DNA of 64,000 nucleotides from an uncultured delta proteobacterium (GTDB lineage Bacteria; Desulfobacterota; Binatia; UBA9968): NCBI GenBank assembly GCA_963816145.1, contig CAWFJP010000004.1, positions 352,001 to 416,000 of the forward strand, read 5' to 3'. Shown piece by piece: positions 58,211 to 64,000 of this stretch (position 1 is its first letter; each line of letters starts with the position of its first letter). The notes under the pieces were generated by a model. It saw only the letters and a program-made list of their open reading frames with translations, ran no database searches and was not told where the DNA came from. The position numbers and the translations under genes were made by a program.

Positions 58211-60879
58211 TAGCGGTTGAGGAAGCGATCGAGGGTGTCGGGAAGCCAGCCCTTTTCTTCCTGGGGTGGGCGGTCGTCGTTACTATCGCGATCTCGATCG
58301 CGCGGCTCCGAGCCGCGAAACGCCTGGCTCAAATTGCGGTTATCGATGCGGATCTTTACGTCGGGGATATTGCCCTCGATGCGAAAGGGTATCGCCAGTC
58401 GGCCGCGCCGGTCCAGGAGATGGCGAATCCAGCGGAAGTCACGCTGGATTTCCTGGGTCAAACGCGGTGACAGCACCAACAGGCCATTCCATCGAGTGCT
58501 CCGGTCCAAGGCGAACCAGCCGGCACCGGTCACGGTGTAATCCGGTGTCGAAACGATCAAGTTGTCGGTGCTGAAGCGACCTTTGTCGGCGGTGAAATTA
58601 GCCTTGAGCGTATCGAAGTGGGTGTCGTTGGCTTTGGCGAGTTCGATCAGGGCGGTGGGCAGGCGCGCCTTGGCGGCCGCGGAAACGTTGGAGCCGCTGC
58701 CGCGCAGCAGCAGTTGCGACAGCATATTGAAGTCCTTGATGACGCCGCGCTGGATCGTGGTTTCGCCGTTTGCCTTGAGTGTTTGCGCAACGGTTTCGCC
58801 TTCGGTGAGCGTCACATCGTAGCGCACTTGTCCGCTGAGGCTGCCGTCGAGACGGTCTTTGAGCAGCGGCAAGAAATTGGTGAGCAACGGCTCCAAGTCG
58901 GCGCTCTTGATCTCCGATACACCTTTCAAGTGGCCGATGTTTTTCGGCGCGGCCGGGGCATGGAAGCCATCCGAGCGAAACCAGCCTTGGGCGGCGCGAA
59001 AGGTCAGATCCTTAAAGCTCAGGCCGGCGGCCGACCATGAGAAAGCCGAGCGCATATCGCTCACGGCAAAGTCGTTGAAGTTTCCTTGCGGCGCCGCCAC
59101 ATCGCCGGAAACGCCCAGCGTATCGTTTTGCATTTGCACTAGGCCCTTAACGCTTAACTGCTTCAACCGCGCCGGCTGGGAGATCGCCAAAGCTGACATG
59201 TCGGCCAAGTCGATCTCCGAGGCGATGAGTTGGAAGTTGAGCTTCGGTTCGGCGAGGTTCGGCACGATACCGGTGAGCGCAAGTTGCGCGGCGCCGAGGC
59301 GGAAATCGGCGCGCTCGATGCGCGCTTGCTGGCCTAAGAACGTGATCTGGGCATTGAGTTGTTCCAGTTTGCCGTGGTTGTCTCTGCCGTAGATTTCGCC
59401 GTCGGTGATGGCCAGCTGGCCTTCGATGTTCCAGTCGGTCGGCGCGGCCGCGGGCATGCGTTCGATGGCGAGATGCCAACTGACGTTGCCGGATTTCGCC
59501 GTGACGGCGCCGTTACTGAGCGGCGTCCAGACCGCCAGAGGGGCGTCGTCGGCTTGCAATTTGACATAAAGCCGGGGCGCGTCGATGTCCTGAACCGCGC
59601 CGGAAAATACCGTTTTGGCCGCCCCCAGAGTCAGTTCCGATTCGTGAATCGTCAGGCGCTGATTACGCCGTGACAGGCGCGCTTTGATCTCTGCTGGACT
59701 TTTCGCCGGTTTGCGCAGCCAGTCGCCATAGCGGATTTCGCTATTTTCGGCGCGCACGAGGGCGCCGATCCGCAAATGATTCCAGGTCCCCTCGAAGCGG
59801 CTGTAAAGGCTAACATTGCCTTCGGTGACTAGCTCTTCGGGTAAGTGGTTGCGAAATACTGGCAGTAGGCGCGCCCGGCTGAGCGCCAACGGATCGATTT
59901 TCAATCGGCCGGTGAGATTGGCTTCGCTCCAGCTGCGCTGTTCGGTGAACTCTACTTTGCCGCTGACGACTGCGTTATAGTCGGAGGAGCCGAACAGCGG
60001 GATTTTTAATGTAAAGTCGTCTAGTTGAGGCTTCAGCAGGCTGCCGCTCGCATGGGCTTGGAATGACATCGGGCCGGTGACATCGAGCTCCCGCGGCATT
60101 CCTTCGCGCAACCCGTCGAAGGCGCTCAGAACCGTCGGCGCATACAACGAATCGAATTGAATCTTTAGATCCAAACCGCGCTGGTACCAGCTCTGATCGG
60201 ATTTGGCGCTCTGCAGCAGTCCCTCGATGTGCATGTCTTGACCTAAGCCCTCGGTGAGCGAGGCCGCGGCGCGAACCCGTGTGGGCCTCACCAGATCGAG
60301 ACTGTTTAACGTTAAATCGACATCGCGCAATTGCAACTCCGCCGGCTCCTTGACCGTGCGATCGAGGTAAATGACGCGTCCGTCCTCGACGCTAATCTTA
60401 TCGATGGCAAAGCGGACGGAGCTTTGACGCCGCTCGCCCGAAGCGTCGGACCCGGGCCGGGGCATCGTGCCGAGTTCTTTTCTGCGGCTGGCGAGCGCAC
60501 TGAGATTGAGCAGACCGGTTTCGTCGTTGATAATTTGAATTTCTGGTTCGATGAATCCGAGCGAATCGATAACGATGCGGCCGGTGAAGAGCGGGAGCAG
60601 GCTGATGCCGAGAACGAGTTCGCGCGCTTTGACAATCGGTGTGGCGGCAAAGCGACTGTCGTCGGCAACGCGAAACTCGTGCAAGACGAATCCTGGTAGC
60701 CAAAATAGCCGGAACTCGAGGTCGTCGAACCGGGCGCTATCGCCAAGCATGCGGCGCAGTTCCTGCTGCACCTGTTCGCGGTGCTTATCGGCGAGGGTTT
60801 TGAAATGGTTGCCGAGGCCGACTGCTGTGGCAGTCAAGACGATAGCGACGGCGAGAGTGATTTTACGCAATTTGGTCAT
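58210..60879 (-). CDS. AsmA family protein
   Basis: N-terminal TM, LLPLFTGRIVI, EPEI......G.LN, repeated beta-taco segments, IPFRIEG....P. Confidence 0.82.
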   Translation of the reverse strand: MTKLRKITLAVAIVLTATAVGLGNHFKTLADKHREQVQQELRRMLGDSARFDDLEFRLFWLPGFVLHEFRVADDSRFAATPIVKARELVLGISLLPLFTGRIVIDSLGFIEPEIQIINDETGLLNLSALASRRKELGTMPRPGSDASGERRQSSVRFAIDKISVEDGRVIYLDRTVKEPAELQLRDVDLTLNSLDLVRPTRVRAAASLTEGLGQDMHIEGLLQSAKSDQSWYQRGLDLKIQFDSLYAPTVLSAFDGLREGMPRELDVTGPMSFQAHASGSLLKPQLDDFTLKIPLFGSSDYNAVVSGKVEFTEQRSWSEANLTGRLKIDPLALSRARLLPVFRNHLPEELVTEGNVSLYSRFEGTWNHLRIGALVRAENSEIRYGDWLRKPAKSPAEIKARLSRRNQRLTIHESELTLGAAKTVFSGAVQDIDAPRLYVKLQADDAPLAVWTPLSNGAVTAKSGNVSWHLAIERMPAAAPTDWNIEGQLAITDGEIYGRDNHGKLEQLNAQITFLGQQARIERADFRLGAAQLALTGIVPNLAEPKLNFQLIASEIDLADMSALAISQPARLKQLSVKGLVQMQNDTLGVSGDVAAPQGNFNDFAVSDMRSAFSWSAAGLSFKDLTFRAAQGWFRSDGFHAPAAPKNIGHLKGVSEIKSADLEPLLTNFLPLLKDRLDGSLSGQVRYDVTLTEGETVAQTLKANGETTIQRGVIKDFNMLSQLLLRGSGSNVSAAAKARLPTALIELAKANDTHFDTLKANFTADKGRFSTDNLIVSTPDYTVTGAGWFALDRSTRWNGLLVLSPRLTQEIQRDFRWIRHLLDRRGRLAIPFRIEGNIPDVKIRIDNRNLSQAFRGSEPRDRDRDSNDDRPPQEEKGWLPDTLDRFLNR

Positions 60880-61024
60880 GGCGCCGGAGTGAGCGGGCCA
60901 CAGGCGGGCGGTCGATCGGTTAGAAAAGCTGTCTGCAAAAAATGCCGGCCTACCGATGTCACACCGGCCAATGACGGCCGAAGGCCATTTATGCCGGCGA
61001 TATCTGCGGAGCGCGTGGGTCGGT

Positions 61025-62227
61025 TCAATTCACTCGTTCGACGATGGTGGCAATGCCCTGGCCGACGCCAATGCACATGGTTGCCAAGCCATACCGGCTG
61101 CCGCGTTTTTGCATTTCATGCACCAGGGTCGTCATCATGCGCGCGCCGCTGCAGCCGAGTGGATGACCCAGGGCGATGGCACCGCCGTTGACGTTGAGTT
61201 TGTTCAAGTCGATGCCCAACTCGCGGCAGCAAGCCAACACCTGGGAGGCGAACGCTTCGTTCAATTCGACCAGATCGATCTGATCGATGGTCAGGCCGGC
61301 GCGCTTCAAGGCTTTCTGCGTCGCCGGAATCGGCCCGATGCCCATGTAGTTGGGATGCACGCCCGCGGCCGCCGAGGCGACGATGCGCGCCAGCGGTTTG
61401 AGTTTCAACTGTTCGGCTTTTTGCGGCGTCGTGATCAGCAGGGCAGCGGCGCCGTCGGAGAGCGGCGATGAATTCCCCGCGGTGACGCTACCGCCTTTCT
61501 TGAATGCCGGCTGCAGACCGGCGAGAATTTCCAACGTCGTGTCCGAGCGTGGCCCTTCATCTTTGTCATGCACCAGCGGCGCGCCTTTGCGCTGGGGAAT
61601 CTCGAAGGGGATGATTTCGTCTTTCAGCCGGCCGTCTTTTTGCGCCTGGATCGCTTTCTGATGGCTTGCCAGAGCGAGCTTGTCCTGGTCTTCCCGGCTG
61701 ATGTTATGTTTCTCGGCGACATTTTCCGCTGTCTCGCCGTTGTTGATCAGCGAATAGAGCTCGCCCATGCGTTTGTTGGGAAAGCGCCAGCCGAGCGAGC
61801 TGTCGTACATTTGAATATCGCCGCGCTGAAATGGATTCGCCGGTTTGCCCATGACCCAGGGACCGCGGGTCATGCTTTCGACGCCGCCGGCGACGAAGAG
61901 GTCGCCGTGATCGGTCTCGATGGCGCGGGCCGCTTGATTGATCGCTTCGAGCCCGGAACCGCATAGGCGATTGACCGTGGCGCCTGGAACGGTGTAGGGC
62001 AGGCCTGCAAGTAAGGACGCGTTGCGCGCGACATTGCGCGAATCCTCGCCGGCCTGGTTGGTGCAGCCGAAGTAGACATCTTCGATCTCGTCTTTGCTAA
62101 TGCCGGTTTTGTCGACCATCTTGCCGATGATGTAGGCGGCGAGATCGTCGGTGCGGATGTCTTTTAGAATCCCGCTATGGCGCCCCGTGGGCGTGCGCGC
62201 GGCGGCGACGATGACGGCTTCTTTCAT
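61025..62227 (-). CDS. Acetyl-CoA C-acyltransferase (thiolase, PaaJ/PcaF-like)
   Basis: [37 protein letters not shown]. Confidence 0.93.
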   Translation of the reverse strand: MKEAVIVAAARTPTGRHSGILKDIRTDDLAAYIIGKMVDKTGISKDEIEDVYFGCTNQAGEDSRNVARNASLLAGLPYTVPGATVNRLCGSGLEAINQAARAIETDHGDLFVAGGVESMTRGPWVMGKPANPFQRGDIQMYDSSLGWRFPNKRMGELYSLINNGETAENVAEKHNISREDQDKLALASHQKAIQAQKDGRLKDEIIPFEIPQRKGAPLVHDKDEGPRSDTTLEILAGLQPAFKKGGSVTAGNSSPLSDGAAALLITTPQKAEQLKLKPLARIVASAAAGVHPNYMGIGPIPATQKALKRAGLTIDQIDLVELNEAFASQVLACCRELGIDLNKLNVNGGAIALGHPLGCSGARMMTTLVHEMQKRGSRYGLATMCIGVGQGIATIVERVN

Positions 62228-62970
62228 GATTTCACCTGACCTTCGTTATGGGAATAAAATCCTCTGCCGCTGATTTCGCCGAGATAGCCGGCGGTGACCA
62301 GTTTCTTGAGCAGCGGCGCCGGCCGGTAGCGATCGTCGCCGGTTTCCCGTCGCAGTCCTTCGAGGACGGCGAGGACTTCGTCGAGACCGATCTGATCGGC
62401 CCAGCGCAGCGGCCCCTGGGGATAGTTCACGCCGAGGCGCATGGCGATGTCGATCTCCTCGGCAGCGGCGACACCTTCTTCCAGGCTGCGCGCTGCTTCG
62501 TTGATGATCAAACTCAAGATCCGCGGAAAGGTCAGCCCGGCGGTGTCCTTGACGCGCACGGTCTCCTTGCCGAGGTTTTTGAATAGCTGCTCGGTTTGCT
62601 CGACGGACTTGTCGAGAGTGCGTAAGCCGGGCGCGAGCTCGATGAGTTTGCGATCGTTTACCGGATAAAAGGTCGCAAAGCCGACGACGCGCTCGGGTTT
62701 CTTCACCCAGGAGGCCATCAAAGTGGTCGAGAAGCGCAGACAGGAGCTGACGATGATACCGCTTGCCGATAGCGAGGCGTCGAGCCGCTGCAAGACCGCG
62801 CGCTTTTTGTCATCGTTGCCGTTCTCGGTGTCGATGACGAATTGGCTGGTCGGTGCGATCGCCGTGGCGTCGTGCAGCTGCGCGACGTCGAGCCCCTTTT
62901 CCCGGCCCAATGCGACGAATTCATCGGCCAACCGGCCTTTGCCGATGACTGCGAGACTACTTTTTGCCAT
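62224..62970 (-). CDS. 3-hydroxyacyl-CoA dehydrogenase family protein (degenerate NAD domain, like the C-terminal half of PaaH)
   Basis: IINEA, IDIAMRLGVNYPQGPL, DRYRP, GRGFY. The catalytic HFFNP is replaced by ATFYP. Confidence 0.82.
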   Translation of the reverse strand: MAKSSLAVIGKGRLADEFVALGREKGLDVAQLHDATAIAPTSQFVIDTENGNDDKKRAVLQRLDASLSASGIIVSSCLRFSTTLMASWVKKPERVVGFATFYPVNDRKLIELAPGLRTLDKSVEQTEQLFKNLGKETVRVKDTAGLTFPRILSLIINEAARSLEEGVAAAEEIDIAMRLGVNYPQGPLRWADQIGLDEVLAVLEGLRRETGDDRYRPAPLLKKLVTAGYLGEISGRGFYSHNEGQVKS

Positions 62971-63823
62971 AGCTATAAAAACCCCGTCCGGTCTTGCGCC
63001 CGAGGTTGCCGCCGGCGACCATGCGCTGCTGAATCGGGCTCGGGCGAAAACGCGGATCTTCGAAAAACGAGCGATAGAGCGATTCGGTGGCGGCGAAGTT
63101 GATGTCGTTGCCGATCAAGTCCATCAACTCGAACGGCCCCATGCGGAAGTTGCCGGCTTCTTTCATGATGCGGTCGATGGTCTCCACCGCGGCGTTGCCG
63201 TCGCCGAGCACGCGCAGCCCTTCGTTGTAGAACGGCCGGGCGATCCGGTTGACGATGAAGCCCGGGGTGTCTTTGGCGCGCGCCGGGGTTTTGCCCATGG
63301 CCTTCATCAGCGCGGTGGCTTTTTCAATGGTCGCGCTGCTGGTGCGGTCACCCTGGATCACCTCGACCAAAGCCATGAGCGGCGGTGGGTTGAAGAAATG
63401 CAGCCCGAGCACGCGTTCCTGATGCTGCGTGGCGGCAGCGATGGCGGTGACATTGAACGACGAAGTGTTGGTCGCCAGTAAAGTCTCCGGGCCGCAGATG
63501 GCATCCAACTGCTTGAAGATATCGCGCTTGAGTTCAAGCTTTTCCGGCGCCGCCTCGATGACCAGCGTGCTGCCCTGGGCATCGTCGAGGCTCGTACTGG
63601 TGTGAAAACGGCCGAGGATTTCTTGTTCCTGTTCGGCACTGATCTTGCCGCGCTCCCGGCTGCCTTGGAGAAAGTTTTTGATTTTTCCCAAGCCTATGTC
63701 GATGAATTCTTGCTTGATGTCATAGACGAGGGTCTGGAAGCCGGCTTGAGCGGCGACCTGAGCGATCCCCGCGCCCATGGTGCCGGCGCCGAGGACGGCG
63801 ATTTTTTCACTTGGATTGGCCAT
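62957..63823 (-). CDS. 3-hydroxyacyl-CoA dehydrogenase (N-terminal half of PaaH / Hbd-like)
   Basis: GAGTMGAGIA, NTSS, GLHFFNP, PGFIVNRIARPFYNE, MGPFELMD. Confidence 0.92.
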   Translation of the reverse strand: MANPSEKIAVLGAGTMGAGIAQVAAQAGFQTLVYDIKQEFIDIGLGKIKNFLQGSRERGKISAEQEQEILGRFHTSTSLDDAQGSTLVIEAAPEKLELKRDIFKQLDAICGPETLLATNTSSFNVTAIAAATQHQERVLGLHFFNPPPLMALVEVIQGDRTSSATIEKATALMKAMGKTPARAKDTPGFIVNRIARPFYNEGLRVLGDGNAAVETIDRIMKEAGNFRMGPFELMDLIGNDINFAATESLYRSFFEDPRFRPSPIQQRMVAGGNLGRKTGRGFYSYGKK

Positions 63824-63900
63824 ATTTTCTAATCGATTTGGGTTTCGGCTTGTTTGATCTTCAGGTTTGCGATTGAGCTATATCTGACGCTTCCTATTTT

Positions 63901-63991
63901 ACCACGAAAAGCACGAAGGAGACGAAGGTTTGATTGGCGGCTGGGTTTAAAACCCCGCCCCCTACTTCGTTATCTTCGTGTCCTTCGTGGT
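63901..63991. repeat. REP-like inverted repeat element
   Basis: ACCACGAAAAGCACGAAGGAGACGAAG ... CTTCGTTATCTTCGTGTCCTTCGTGGT arms with a 9-bp internal period. Confidence 0.65.
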
Positions 63992-64000
63992 GAGCATTCG

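Overview
Bacterial chromosomal window with no rRNA, tRNA, CRISPR array or transposase that I can recognise. The gene content suggests a Deltaproteobacteria-like lineage such as Candidatus Binatia, which is an inference. There are five blocks. (1) 1-22.3 kb is a surface-glycan cluster, visibly more AT-rich over its first ~14 kb. It contains a VioA-like aminotransferase, GT2/GT4/GT-C glycosyltransferases, methyltransferases, gmd, a WcaJ-type initiator and an O-antigen ligase/OTase. One GT2 carries a 27-heptad tandem coiled-coil repeat. (2) 22.3-34.7 kb is an Xps-order type II secretion operon (E F G H I J K L M C D). Its secretin is encoded as two ORFs split inside the N3 domain, and the second ORF has its own Sec signal peptide and a C-terminal SPOR domain. 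(3) 35-45 kb is a cofactor-supply operon: CoxD/CoxE/XdhC Mo-enzyme maturation genes, then an archaeal-type CTP-dependent riboflavin kinase, UbiX, type-2 IPP isomerase and two PNPOx-fold proteins. These look like a complete prenylated-FMN pathway with no UbiD client in the window. A MacAB-like ABC exporter follows. (4) 45-54 kb is a partly decayed sigma54/stress island with a clear UAS-IHF-(-24/-12) promoter and an unannotated ~420-nt promoter-to-terminator unit. (5) 54-64 kb holds housekeeping genes: a beta-hydroxyacid dehydrogenase, Uma2, rnr, DUF4911, AsmA, a thiolase and a split PaaH-like dehydrogenase pair. The split SPOR-secretin T2SS and the prFMN supply module are the strongest candidates for undescribed systems. 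All calls come from motif recognition by eye; no searches were run.
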